NCBI GenBank assembly: GCA_963803435.1
Contig: CAWDML010000001.1
Coordinates: 2,176,001 to 2,240,000 of the forward strand
Direction: 5' to 3'
Origin: an uncultured delta proteobacterium
GTDB taxonomy: Bacteria; Myxococcota; Kuafuiibacteriia; Kuafuiibacteriales; Kuafuiibacteriaceae
DNA length: 64,000 bases
The notes under the pieces are model-generated. The model was not told the DNA's origin. It did not search any database and was given only the letters and a program-made list of their open reading frames with translations. Every line of letters begins with the position of its first letter. The stretch's first letter is position 1. Shown piece by piece: positions 1-13,644 of the stretch. A program made the translations under genes and the position numbers.

Positions 1-2
1 AC

Positions 3-1700
<1,698 letters not shown>

Positions 1701-1719
1701 TGCTATACCCGAGGGACGT

Positions 1720-3947
1720 GTGTGGTTCCTTCTGATCACGCCTCTGGTCGGCGGGATCGCCTGCTTCTCGCTGGCGCACTGGATCTTCCTCCAGGACCCG
1801 CACCATCCCCTCAACCGTCTCGCCGGCGCGACCTTCCTCCTGTCCTCGTTCTTCTTCTTCTTCGAGATCGGGCAGCGCGCGGGACCGACACCGCAGATCG
1901 CCTCTCTGTTCCTCGATCTTCAGGCGATCGCGTTTCCGGCGCTCGCGCTCTATCTCCACTTCGTATGGTCGTGGACGCGGCGTGATCGCACTCGCCTGCA
2001 CAAGCCCTTCCTGATCGCGCTGTACGGCTCGGCGCTCGCCCTCATGGTCCTGCACCCGTATCTCGGGTTCTTCGGCCGCGTGGTCTGGCGCTCCGAGCTC
2101 GGCATGTGGGGCATCGACACGCGGCATCTCCGGCTCATCCAGTATCTCGGGTTGGCGTGGATCATCGGCGCTGGCCTGGTGTGGACCTGGTTGGGCGCCT
2201 CGTTCTATTTCGTCCGCCTCGACGACCGGCGCCAGCGGAAGAACCACCGTCTGGTCTTCTTCGCCACGCAGATCCCGCTGCTGCTCACCATCCTCTTCGA
2301 CGCCGTACCGGCCGCCCTCGGCCTGGGCACGCCCTCGATGACGTCGGTCTATTTCGCGATCGGCGCCGGGTTCTTGGTGATCGGCATGCAACGCCAGCGT
2401 CTGTTCACGATGTCGCCGGCCGCGGCCTCGCGCGAGATCATCGCCTCGATGTCGGAAGCGCTCGTGCTCGCCGCCGCAGATGGCGTGATTCACGTGGTGA
2501 ATCAGTCGCTCTGTACGCTCACCGGCCGGACCGAGCGCGAGCTCATCGGGACGCGGATCGAGTCGCTCTTCGCCGACTGGCCCGTCGAGCTGATCATCGA
2601 CGAAGCGCTGGAGATGCAGCACGGCCGCGAGGGACAGCTTCGCAGCGCGCATGGGACGACGATCCCGGTGCTCTTCTCGGTGTCGCCGATCCGGGAGAAG
2701 ACCGGCGCGGTGTACGGCGTGGTCTGCACGCTGCTCGACATCACCGAGCAGAAGCGGGTCGAAGAGGAGCTCCGCAACGCGCGCGACAGCGCCGAAGCGG
2801 CCAGCCGCGCCAAGTCCGCCTTCCTCGCCACCATGAGCCACGAGATCCGCACGCCGATGAACGGCGTGATCGGGATGGCCGACCTCCTCGAGACCACGCC
2901 CCTGACCCCCGAGCAGGCCATGTACGTGCGGACGATCCGCAGCAGCGGCGACGCGCTCCTCGCCATCATCAACGACGTACTCGACTTCTCGAAGATCGAG
3001 GCCGGCCGAATCGACCTCGAGCCGCGTCCGGTCGTGCTCCGCGATCTGGTGGGTGAGGCCATCGAGCTGTTCGCGGCCCGCGCCAGAGAGAAGGGGCTGC
3101 GACTCCTCTCATCGGTCGAGACCGGGGTCCCCGGGGCCGTCGAGTCGATCCGACGCGGCTCAAGCAGGTGCTCTCCAACCTGCTCTCCAACGCGCTCAAG
3201 TTCACCACTGCCGGCGAGATTCGAGCTGACGCTCCTGAGCCGTCCGGTTCCCGGAGATCGGACCGTGCTCTACTGGTCGGTCCGCGACACCGGCATCGGG
3301 ATCCCCGAGGACAACCTCGGTCGTCTGTTCCGGGCCTTCTCGCAGGGCGACTCCTCGATCACCCGGAAGTTCGGCGGCACCGGTCTCGGGCTCGCGATCA
3401 GCCAGCGGCTGGTCGAGCTGATGGGCGGAAAGATCCGGGTCGAGACCAGGGAGGGCCGCGGGTCGGTCTTCCGCTTCACGCTGACGCCCCCGCTCGCCAC
3501 GCCACCGCCGCTGGAGTCACCGCGCCCGCACCTCTCCTTCGACGGGAGCAACGGTCGTGTCCTGGTGGTCGAAGACGATCCCGGTAACCGGCGTGTCGCC
3601 CGGCTGATGCTCCACAAGCTGGGATTCGAGGTGGACCTGGTGCGGAACGGCCGCGAGGCGGTCGAGGCGATCGAGGACCGGCCGTACGAGCTGGTGCTCA
3701 TGGATGTGCAGATGCCGGAGATGGACGGACTGGAGGCCACCCGTGAGATTCCGCACCCGAAACCCGGACGCCGCCATCTACATCATCGCCGTCACCGCCA
3801 ACGCCTCCAGCAACGAGCGTGCGATTCTGCTTGGACGCAGGCATGGACGCCTACCTCACCAAACCGCTCCGCCCCGAGGAGCTCCAGCGGACGCTGAACG
3901 AGGCGCTGGCACGCCTGGCGCGTCTCGCCGAGCCGGCCTCTGCTTGA
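1720..3947 (+). CDS. Hybrid sensor histidine kinase (7TM N-terminus, PAS, HisKA, HATPase, receiver); 4 apparent sequencing indels
   Basis: [40 protein letters not shown]. Frame is restored by correcting indels near 3144, 3220, 3749 and 3825 ([17 protein letters not shown] and [10 protein letters not shown] lie in other frames). Confidence 0.9.
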
Positions 3948-3980
3948 AAGCCGGAGTCCTGTTAGGATCACCGGCCAACG

Positions 3981-5929
3981 GTGGAACAGGTCGGACGATA
4001 CCGCGTACTCGAGCAGCTCGGTCAAACCGATGTCGCCGGAATCCATCGCGCTTATGAGGTGACCGGCGGCGGGCTGATCCGGGCCCTGACCCTGAAGAAG
4101 ATGCTCCCGGATCACGCGCGCCGCCTGGAGCACGACGCGGTGCTCGTCGAGGAGGCGCGCATCGCCGAGCAGCTCGATCATCCCAACCTCGTGAAGGTGG
4201 TCGACCTCGATCAGGCGGACGGGATCTGGTTCTCCGTCGAAGAGCGCGTCGAAGGCCGCGATCTCGGGACGCTGATCGCGAAGGCACGGCAGCGCGGCCA
4301 GAAGATCGATCGCGACACCGCGCTGTACGTCGCGATCCAGATCCTCCAGGGGCTGGAGCACGCCCACACGCGCACCGGGCCCAGCGGGCGGCCGCTCGGG
4401 ATCGTGCACCGCGACCTCTGCCCTCAGAACGTCTGGATCGGCTACGACGGTGACGTCCGGGTCGGAGGCTTCGGATACGCGCAGATCGAGGGCCGACCGG
4501 CGCCGGGAAAGCCGGGACTCGATCATCCGCGGTACGGCTACGTCAGCCCCGAGCAGGCGCTCGGCAGCACCCTCGATCAGCGGGCCGACGTCTTCGCGGC
4601 CGGTCTGATCCTCTGGGAGCTCCTCACCGGCCGCGCCGCCTACGAGGCGCCCGCGGACGCCGACGTGCTGGTCAAGGCGCGGCGCGGCTCGGTCCCCTCG
4701 ATCCGAACCGCGGCGCCCGAGATCGAGCCCGAGCTCCAGGAGGCGATCGAGCGGGCCACGTCGTTCACGCGCGACGGGCGGCAGGACTCCGCACAGGCGC
4801 TCCGCGACGAGCTGGCGCGGGTGCTCTCGCGGCGCGATCCGACGTATGGCCCCACCCAGCTGGCCGCGACCGTCGCCCGCATCCTCGCCGACGAAGCCGC
4901 CGAGGACCGGCGGAAGGATGCGGAGGCGCGGGCGATGCTCCGCGGTGCCGCCCTGCCCTCGTTCTCCGCGGCCCTCCCGCGACCGGCCGTGCCCGCGCCC
5001 GAGCCGGCGCCGGAGCCCCTTCGAGCGCCCCCGCCCGCGCGCGTGCAGGCGCCCGAGCCCGAGGCCGAGCCCGAGCCCGAGGCCGAGCCCGAGCCCGAGG
5101 CCGAGCCCGAGCCCGAGCCCGACGAGGGCGCCTACGCCGATGCGTTCTCCGAGCCCGCCGGCCGCGAGGTCGAGCCCACGCCGATGCCCTTCGTCCCGGA
5201 TCGCGGCGCGCCGCAGCCGCCGGCCGGCTTCCCTCCGCCGGATCTCGGCGACGGACGACCATCCTTCGGAAAGCTGGCCTCGGGGGTGGCGGTGCTCGGC
5301 CTGGTGGTGGTCGCGATCTTCGCCCTCTCGTCCGAGTCCAACATGCGTCTCGTGAAGCGCAAGGCGCGCGAGGCCGTCATGGGCCGCAAGGCGGGCGGCA
5401 ACCTCACGATCGACTCACTCCCGAGCGGAGCCCAGGTGAAGTTCGACGACGAGCCGACCGGCAAGACCACGCCGGTGACCATCGAGAACGTCGAGTCCGA
5501 GGTGGCGCACGTGGTCCAGCTGGAGCTCGACGGCGAGCAACCGGTCACCGGGACCGTCAGCGTGGAGGCCAACGCGAACCAGACGTTCACGCTGACCTTC
5601 AAGGACGCGATCGTGGATCTTCGGGTGAAGGTCGAGCCGCCAGCCGCCGAGGTGTATCGCAATGGCCGTCAGATCGCGCTCGCGCCCACCACGCTGCCGG
5701 TGCGCGCCGGCGAGCCGATCAAGATCGCGCTCAAGAAGCTGGGCTACAAGACCTTCGAACAAGAGATCACCCCGAACGCGGAAAGGCGTTCGATCTCGAG
5801 GTGAAGCTCGAGAAGACCGACGATCTGCTGGCGGCCGAAGCCGAAGAGGAGGCGGCGCTCAGAGCCGAGGCCGGGAAGTCTCGCAAGGGCGTCCCCAAGA
5901 AGAAGCCGCGGAAGAACAAGGTCCGCTGA
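3981..5929 (+). CDS. Ser/Thr kinase-like membrane protein with PEGA-like C-terminus (probable pseudokinase); indel near 5785
   Basis: HRDLCPQN, YVSPEQ, DVFAAGLILWELLTG, TM helix, SLPSGAQV PEGA-like segment. DFG is replaced by GFG. Confidence 0.85.
5051..5122 (+). repeat. 18-bp tandem repeat encoding a PEPEAE linker
   Basis: GCCCGAGCCCGAGGCCGA x3 plus GCCCGA units. Confidence 0.9.
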
Positions 5930-5935
5930 GCCGCG

Positions 5936-8028
5936 ATGTCCGCCGGTGTCGCCCTCCCCCGCGTGCCGGGGTTTCAGATCCTCCGCCGGATCGGCTCGGG
6001 CGGACTGGGCGCGCTGTTCGAGGCCGTGCGCATCGGGCCCCGCGGCTTCGAAGACGCGGTGGTCCTGGAGCAGATCGGCGGCGACGGTAGGCTCGATCGC
6101 ACGGGGCGTCGGCTGCTGCACCCCAACATCGCCCGAACCGACGACCTCCTCGATCTCGACGATCGCTACCTGGTGATGGAGATGCTGCGCGGTCGGATCG
6201 CGGCCGACGTCCTCGGGCCGCCGGTCCCATGGTGGATGGTCGTGGAGATTGCGCTCCAAGCGCTGGCCGGGCTCGAGCACGCGCACCAGCACGGCGTGGA
6301 GCACGGCGCGCTCACCCTCGCGAGCCTCTTCCTCAGCGCCGACGGGACGGTGAAGATCCTCGACCTCGGGATCGCGAGCACGAAGCGGAGCGGCGAGGAC
6401 CTCCTCCAGCTGGCGGCGGCGCTGCGACCGCTGCTGGGAGATGACGCTCCGGAGGCCGTCGTGCGCTGCCTGTCGCAGGCCTTCGATTCACCGCGCCTGA
6501 TGCGGAAGGCGCTCGAGCCCCTGGCTGAAGAGGCGACGGCGCGGGGGCCGGAGGCGATCGCGTCCCATCTGGCCAGGTTCGCTCCGGCACGGGAGGGCCC
6601 GCGTGCGTCGGCCGCGCTCCTCCCCGGGCCGAGCCGCTTCGGGACGATCGCGCTGGTGCTCCTGGCGCTCTCCGCGGTGGCGATCGGCGCGGGCAGCGGG
6701 CTGCTCTTCAGCCACCCGATCTCGATGGCGCCGAAGGCCGAGACCTCCGACCAGCCGCGGTTCACACGCCTGACCGAGCGGCGCGGCGAGATCGTCTCCG
6801 CCCGCTTCGAGGCGGACGGCGCCCACGTGGTCTACACCGCCGCCTGGGACGGCGCGGCGGCGGCGACCTTTCTCGCGGAGCCCGACGGCGGCGGCGTGCG
6901 CCGTCTCGAGCGCGCGGACCCCCAGCGAGAGTCGCGGCGCTCGCCGAACGGGACGCAGGCGGCCGCGATCCACGATGATCGCGTGGTCACGATCGATCTC
7001 GCCACCAAGGTCGAGACCGCGCTCACCGAGCCGATGTCCGGTGTACGTACGCCGGTGTGGCGCGGTGAGGCGCTCCTCTTCGCCCGCGGCGGCGAGCTCT
7101 GGGCGGTCGGGCCGGATCAGCCTCCCGAGATGATCCTACGAACGATCGGCGATCTCCGGATCGAGGACGTCGGCCCGGAGGGGAGCGTGCTGGTCGCCGA
7201 CGGAGAGACGACGCACACGATCACGTTGATCGGTCCCGAGCCGGAGCAGCGGCGGGTCGACCTCTTCGAAAGCGACGAGACCTTCCTGACGGACATCTCG
7301 GGCGACGGTCGCTCGGTCCTTCTCGGCGACCACGCGCGCGTCCGCGCCATCGGCGGCGCGCCCTCTCTCTCTCGGTCCCGGCCTCCCGGCCGCGCTCTCC
7401 GCTGACGGCCGCCTCGCCGCGGTGATCGCGCCGGACGCCCGCCGCCTGACCGTAGCTCCGCTGGGACCGGCGGGGTCTCGCGCTGGGGTCGGCCTCGACG
7501 CCGGGCGAGATCTGCGCCGCCGCCTTCCTCCCCGACGGCCGCCTCCTGGTCTCGAGCACCGCCACCAGCGGCGAGGCCCGGCTCGCCATCGCCGACCCCG
7601 GCGCCGGCACCGCGCGCCGACTCGGGGTGGCCGGTCTCTCCTTCGACCGCGGCACTCGCCCGATCGCCCCCGACGGCACCCGGGCGGCCGTCCGGACCGC
7701 GACCGGGACCCTGGTGCTCCTCGACCTCGAGCACGGCGACCGCCGGCCCCTGGGCGTGCTGGCGGCCGGCGAGCGCGTCCTCGCCTGGTCCACCGACGGA
7801 ACGTCGCTGCTCGTGGTGCGGCTGGGCGAGCCGCGCGCCTGGATCGATCGGATCGACGTCGCGACGGGGGTGCGCTCCCATCACTTCGAGCTGGTTCCGC
7901 CCGACCCGGCCGGGACGGTCGCGATCGACGGCGCGGTCCTCGATCCAGAGACGGGAGCGCTGGCCTTCTCGTATCGCCGCTCGATCTCGACTTTGTATCG
8001 GGTCGACTGGCCGGCTACCAGTAAATGA
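5936..8028 (+). CDS. Degenerate Ser/Thr kinase fused to TM helix and TolB-like beta-propeller; indels at ~7370 and ~7470
   Basis: IGSGGLG, HPNIAR, VKILDLGIA; SPNG/LPDGR/APDG/WSTDG propeller-type repeats spread across three frames. Confidence 0.7.
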
Positions 8029-10820
8029 AGCGCCGGAACAGCCACTGCTGCCCCTTCGGCAGCGCGTCGACCTCCGGGATCAGCCACTGGTTGTCCTCGA
8101 GATCGGTGAGCACCTTGCCTGTCCGCCCGTAGTCCTGCGCCTGACTCTGGCTCCATCGCATCATCAACTGCTGGGCGCCGCGGGGCGTCTGCACTCGGAG
8201 CGTGAGGATGCCGACCGAGAGCGACATGTGATCGATCGCTTCGATCACCTGCAGGTAGTAGCGGCGGGCGAGCGCCTCGCCGATCAAGCGCTGCGCCTCC
8301 TCGCCCCACTCCGAGAGGTCCCGCACGATCCCGATCTCGCGCTCCGGTCCGTCGCCGCTGGCGGCCCGCAGGCAGATCCAGCGGCCCGGACGCGTCGGAA
8401 ATGCCAGGGCGGCCACCACCCCGCCGTGCGTCTCACCGGAGTCGGCGAGCTGGATCGAGACACCACCCCGCGGCCCGCGCGTGATGGTGGCGTCGCCGGG
8501 CGACAGCCAGCTCGGGGTGAAGAGCGCACGGTTCTTCGGCGCCTCCTCCTCCGGCTTCACGGTCTCCGACAGCGTCTCGATGGGCGCGTTCTCGGAGAGG
8601 CGCGACTGCATCCGGATCAGGTTGGCGTAGATCCCGCCCTGCGCCAGGAGCTCGACGTGGCTGCCATCCTCCACCAGCTTGCCGCGATCGAACACCAGGA
8701 TCCGTGACGCGTGCCGCAGCGTCGAGAGCCGATGGGCGATGGCGATGACCGTGCGCCCGCGCGTGATCTCCTCGAGCGCGTCCTGGATGGCACGCTCCGA
8801 CTCGGTGTCGAGATTGCTGGTCGCTTCGTCGAGGATCAGGATCGCCGGGTCGTAGAGGAGCGCCCGCGCGATCGCCATGCGCTGCCGCTCTCCGCCCGAG
8901 AGATTCGTGCCGCGCTCGCCGACCTGCGAGTCGTAGCCGAACGGCGCCTTCATGATGAACTCGTGCGCGTGCGCCGCCTTGGCCGCGGAGATGCCTTGCT
9001 CGACGGAGGCGTCGGTGTGGCCGTAGACGAGGTTCTGCCAGATCGTCCCGCGGAAGAGGAACGTCTCCTGGAGCACAATCCCGACGCGGCGCCGCAGGTC
9101 GTGGCGCGAGACGTCGCGCACGTCGGCGCCATCGATCGAGACCTTCCCTTCGTGCACGTCGTAGAAGCGGCAGATCAGGTTGACCAGCGTGGTCTTGCCC
9201 GATCCGCTCTTACCGACGATACCGACCATCTGCCCGCGCGGGATCTCGAACGACACGTTCTCGATCACGGGCAGATGCCGATCGTAGCCGAACGTGACCT
9301 CGTCGAAACGGATCGCGCCCAGCACCTCCTGCATCGGCGTGGGCGCCGACGGGTCGAGCATCTCGGGCGGCGTGTCCATCAGCTCGAGCACCCGCGCGCT
9401 GGAGGCGATGAAGCTGGAGAGCCAGGTGGTCAGCTGCGCCAGTGTCGAGAGCGGTGCGTAGAACATCGACAGATAGGCGAGGAAGGCCATCAGCTCGCCC
9501 AGCGACATGCGCTCGTCGATCACGTCGCGGCCGCCGACGTACCAGACGATCAGCCCGCCCAGGCTGAAGACCAGCGACATGATCACGCCGTAGGTCGTCG
9601 AGGAGGTTCCGACGTCGATGCGCGAGTCCCGCAGATGTCCGCTGATCGAGTCGAACCGGTCGAGCTCCCGCTGCTCCTGGGCGAACGCCTTCACCACGCG
9701 CACGCCCGAGAGCATGCCGAGGAGCGCGACCACCTGCTTACCGACCGAGTCCGAGAGACGGTAGTACTTCGGGTAGATGTACCTCCAGAAGATGATGCTG
9801 CCCCCCATCACCAGCGGGGCCGGAATCAGCGTGAAGAGCGCGAGCTTCGCGTTGAGCACGAACAGCATCACGCCCACGCCGACGAACTGGAGCAGCTGCA
9901 GCAGGAACCCGTTCGTGAGCTGGTAGAGGAACCCGTAGAGCGCCTCGGTGTCCTGGGTGACGCGGCTGACCAGCATCCCCACCTGATTGCGGTCGTAGAA
10001 CGCGATCGGCAGATCGTGGAGCTTCTCCACCAGCCGCTTGCGCAGCGAGTAGGTGAGCTCGGTCCCGATCCGGTGTGAGACGATCCCCTTGAGCTGACCC
10101 ACGCCGGCGCTGATCACGCGCGTCAGCGCCAGTGCCAGCACGATCGCGCCGATCGATCCGATCATCCCGGTGGCGGGGGCCTGGTGACCGGCGCGAAGAA
10201 CGTCGTCCACCAGGTACTCCTGGAGCTTGGGCGGAACCAGCGACACCCCGATCCCGAGGAGCAGGAGGAGAAACAGCACCGCCGTCGACCAGCGGTAGGG
10301 CCGCACCAGCTCCCAGATGCGCTTCACCACGGCGCGTCGGTCGATGCATTGAGGACAGATCTCGCCCACGTCGCGAAGCTTGGCGCCGCAGCTCGGGCAG
10401 CGCTCGCCGAGCTTCTCGTCGGGATGGATCTCGAAGCGCCCCTCCTTCTTCAGCTCGGAGAGCTTCGCGGCGACCTTGCTGAAGCGCTGGGCCAGGCCCT
10501 TCGAGTAGCGGAGGAGATCGATCCACACGCCGTCGACCTGCGCCTGAAGGAACCCGGAGCCGACGGCCCCGTAGGCGCGGAAGCTCTTGGCCTCCGCGAT
10601 CGAGACCTCACGGACCGACTCGGTGACCGCGCCGACCACCGTGATCCACTCATGGGTGACGATCAGCCACTCCGAAGTGCGGTCGCCGGCCAGGTCGATG
10701 TCGGTGGAGATCGTGAGCAGTAGAGGCTGGCCGTCGACGTGCGAGGACCCCTTCAGGGCCGCCAGCACCGACGCAGGCGCATCCTCTTTGAGGCCGGTTC
10801 CCTCGATGGATCACGATCAT
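8015..10820 (-). CDS. ABC transporter permease/ATPase with N-terminal Zn-ribbon extension and C-terminal DUF1854-like domain
   Basis: GKSGSGKTT, LSGGERQR, ILILDEATS, CPSCG..CPQC, C-terminal LAFPTRP..EIGIVRDL..RRYY..QTPRG. Start at 10820 requires removing one base near 10808; otherwise it is GTG at 10768. Confidence 0.9.
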
Positions 10821-10847
10821 GCACGGCCGAACGACCGCAGGCTACCG

Positions 10848-12260
10848 TCAGCCGACCGCGCAAGCCGCGCGCGCCAGCGCACGCAGACACGCGATCGGAC
10901 GGCCCCGGTTCACGCGCAGGTAGCCGATCCCCGCGCTCCTGCACGCACGAGCCAGCAGGTGATCGGCGCCGAGCGACGAGAAACCGAGGGCCGAGAGCAC
11001 CACATCGTAGTGGCGGCTCTCGATCGCCTCACCGATGTCCCGGAGGCGTTTGGGCTCGGCCACCCGCCAGATCAACTCCGCCCCCTCGATGGCGCCTGTC
11101 AACCGAGCTTGCAGATCAGGATCGCGACGCGTCGCCACCAGCACCAACCGCTTCCCCGTGTAGGCCCCGCGCACCTGGTCGATCAGCGCGGCCGGGAGCT
11201 CGAGCCCCGGGCGCACCTCGATGTCCTCGGCCAGCGCCGCCAGCCAGGTGCCGTCGGGGACGTACGCCGGATCGAGCTCGCGCGCCGCAGCCGCCAGCCC
11301 GGGATCGCGGCGTCCCGCCCACCAGCGGAGCCGACCGGCGGCGCGCGCCCATCGTTCGGGATCGGACGCTGAGCCGCGCAGCCACCGCAGGCGGCGCACC
11401 CAGTAGAGGAACTCGTCGGCGTCGGGCCGCATCGCGGTCTTCGGCTCGGCGCGCTCCAGCGGACCGGTCTTGCGCTCGATCGATCCGATCAGCCGATCGA
11501 TCTGGGCCTCCGCCTCTGCGGGCGCGGGACGGGCCTCGGCCGGATCGGCCCACCCATACGTGTCGAAGCCGCGCCGCTCGTCACCGAACTCGAGGCCGAG
11601 CAAGGCGCGCTCGGCCAGCTCGGAGGCGCGGAGCCAGGTCGTCGCGACGCCGCCCAGGAGATGCCGCGGAAGATCCCTCGGCTGCATGTGCAGCTGCAGC
11701 GCCGTCACGCTCCCAGGCCAGAACGACTTGCCGATCTCGGTGAGCAGGCGCGAGACCACGGCCACGGCGTCGCGGATCTTGGTCTCGTCGGGAAACAGCT
11801 CCGTATGCGCGCGCGCTTCGCAGATGAACGCGTAGATCGCGAGCCGCTGCCGCTCGGGCGAGCACAGGCCCAGCTCGTCCCGGGTGTCGCGGATCCGCTG
11901 CTCGATCACCGCGATCTCGTCGAGCGAACGGGAGAGATCGGGGGGCGGCGGCGCCGAGTTTGGCACCAGCTGGGGCGGCCCGTTGCGCCGGCTCTCGCTG
12001 GTCGGTCGCTCGGGTCGCTTGCTCGGGGTCCGCGAGGGCGCCTGCTCCACCTCGGCCACGGCGCGCTCGAGCAGCGCCCGCGCCAGCTGGGACGGACAGG
12101 CGTTCGAGAGGGCGTCCTCCAGCGCGGCACGCCGGTCGGGCCCCCGACCCGTCCAGGACTCCTTCTCGGTGAAGAGGAAGCACTCGACCCACTCGTGCTC
12201 CCGGAAGCGGATCTCGTAGCCGAAGCCCTCCAGCATGCCGCGGAGTGCCTCGACGCCCAT
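10848..12260 (-). CDS. Hypothetical protein with DUF2325-like C-terminal domain
   Basis: Long ORF with host-like codon use; C-terminus KRLVLV..YDVVLSALGFSS..ACRSAGIGYLRV resembles DUF2325. Confidence 0.55.
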   Translation of the reverse strand: MGVEALRGMLEGFGYEIRFREHEWVECFLFTEKESWTGRGPDRRAALEDALSNACPSQLARALLERAVAEVEQAPSRTPSKRPERPTSESRRNGPPQLVPNSAPPPPDLSRSLDEIAVIEQRIRDTRDELGLCSPERQRLAIYAFICEARAHTELFPDETKIRDAVAVVSRLLTEIGKSFWPGSVTALQLHMQPRDLPRHLLGGVATTWLRASELAERALLGLEFGDERRGFDTYGWADPAEARPAPAEAEAQIDRLIGSIERKTGPLERAEPKTAMRPDADEFLYWVRRLRWLRGSASDPERWARAAGRLRWWAGRRDPGLAAAARELDPAYVPDGTWLAALAEDIEVRPGLELPAALIDQVRGAYTGKRLVLVATRRDPDLQARLTGAIEGAELIWRVAEPKRLRDIGEAIESRHYDVVLSALGFSSLGADHLLARACRSAGIGYLRVNRGRPIACLRALARAACAVG

Positions 12261-12309
12261 CGCCTGCCCGTACCTCGCGTCGGACGGCACCCGCAAGGGG
12301 TCGCGGCTC

Positions 12310-12726
12310 CTACCCGAGCACCGTAACCTCGAGCGTGCGCCGATGCGCGTCGTGCCGGTGCTCGAACAGGTAGAGCCCCTGCCAGGTCCCCAGGGAGAGA
12401 CGGCCGCCGCGCACCGGGATCGACACGCTGGTCGCCGTCAGCACCGCGCGGATGTGGCTCGGCATGTCGTCGGGGCCCTCCGCGGTGTGCACGAAGCGCG
12501 GATCGCCGTCTTTCACCAGGTCGGAGAGGAACCGCTCGAGGTCCCGCTGCACGTCGGGATCCGCGTTCTCGCTGACGATCAGAGAGGCGCTGGTGTGGCG
12601 GATGAAGACGTTGCAGAGCCCGCTGGGGATGCCGGCAGCGGCGACGATGCGATCGACCTTGGCGCTGACATCGTAGAGGGAGCGTCCGCGGGTCTCGACG
12701 ATCAGCGTGTCGGCATGAACCGCCAT
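12310..12726 (-). CDS. yjbQ: YjbQ family secondary thiamine-phosphate synthase
   Basis: HTSASLIVSENADPDV, EGPDDMPSHIR, LGTWQGLYLFEHR. Confidence 0.93.
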   Translation of the reverse strand: MAVHADTLIVETRGRSLYDVSAKVDRIVAAAGIPSGLCNVFIRHTSASLIVSENADPDVQRDLERFLSDLVKDGDPRFVHTAEGPDDMPSHIRAVLTATSVSIPVRGGRLSLGTWQGLYLFEHRHDAHRRTLEVTVLG

Positions 12727-12744
12727 CGCCTCCGCATTGCCACT

Positions 12745-13542
12745 TCAGACCGCAGTGCGCAAGCGATGGGCGAGGCCGAAGTGGGCGGAGACGGCGCGCT
12801 TCTCGAGGCCCGCTACCTCCAGGATCACGTAGCGACCGCGTCGCTTGGCGATCAGCCCGTCGTCGCTCCAGCGCCGCATCGTCTGGTTGATCGTCTTGCG
12901 CGACACGGCGAGCGAGCTGGCCAGCAGCTGCTGCGACAGTCGGACCTCGAGCATGAGGCCGCCGCCCTGCAGCTGCACCGAGAACAGCTTCGCGTGATCG
13001 AGCAGGAAGCTGGCCAAGCGCGACTCCACCGGAGAGAACGCGAGCGATCGCTCGTGTTCCCGCGCGATGCAGAGCCGCTCCACCAGGTCGCGGACCAGAC
13101 CATAGGCGAAGCGCGGCTCGCTCTTAAGCGTGCGGTCGAACTGATCGCGCGGGATCCGGATGACCTCGGACGGCACCACGGTCACGACCGACTCGAGCGA
13201 GGCGATGCCCATGAGGGCCTCGCTCTCACCGAACAGCCCGGGTGCGCCGAGCAGCTTCACCACGGCCTCTCCGTCCTCGCTGCCCGGGGCGCGGTGGGCG
13301 ATGCGAACGCCTCCGCTGACGAGCACGTGGACGTCGGTGGCCGCTTCGCCCTCTCGGATCACCTTCCGGCCGGCGCGGAAGCGGGTCAGCACGCACTTGG
13401 CGGCGAGCTGCTCCAGCCGGCGCGGATCGATGAGGCGGCACAAGGGGTTCGCTCGGAGCTTACTGAGGACCTCGGGAGAGGCCGCTTCGATCGGGGCGGG
13501 CGGCGGTGGGGCGGTCAGGGTGGCCTGCGGGATCGTCTCCAT
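12745..13542 (-). CDS. Crp/Fnr family transcriptional regulator
   Basis: cNMP domain (LFGESEAL) plus HTH LSQQLLASSLAVSRKTIN. Confidence 0.88.
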   Translation of the reverse strand: METIPQATLTAPPPPAPIEAASPEVLSKLRANPLCRLIDPRRLEQLAAKCVLTRFRAGRKVIREGEAATDVHVLVSGGVRIAHRAPGSEDGEAVVKLLGAPGLFGESEALMGIASLESVVTVVPSEVIRIPRDQFDRTLKSEPRFAYGLVRDLVERLCIAREHERSLAFSPVESRLASFLLDHAKLFSVQLQGGGLMLEVRLSQQLLASSLAVSRKTINQTMRRWSDDGLIAKRRGRYVILEVAGLEKRAVSAHFGLAHRLRTAV

Positions 13543-13644
13543 CGATTGAGGGCGGTGTGCACCAACCGTTCCATTCGGAACAGCCCTCAGGAGCGGTCGC
13601 TGACCGCATCGTCCACGGCGTATTTCGTGAACAAGGTGACTGGT

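Noticed and set aside
5051-5122. CRISPR-like or regulatory repeat
   Set aside because: No spacers; an in-frame Pro/Glu linker inside a CDS.
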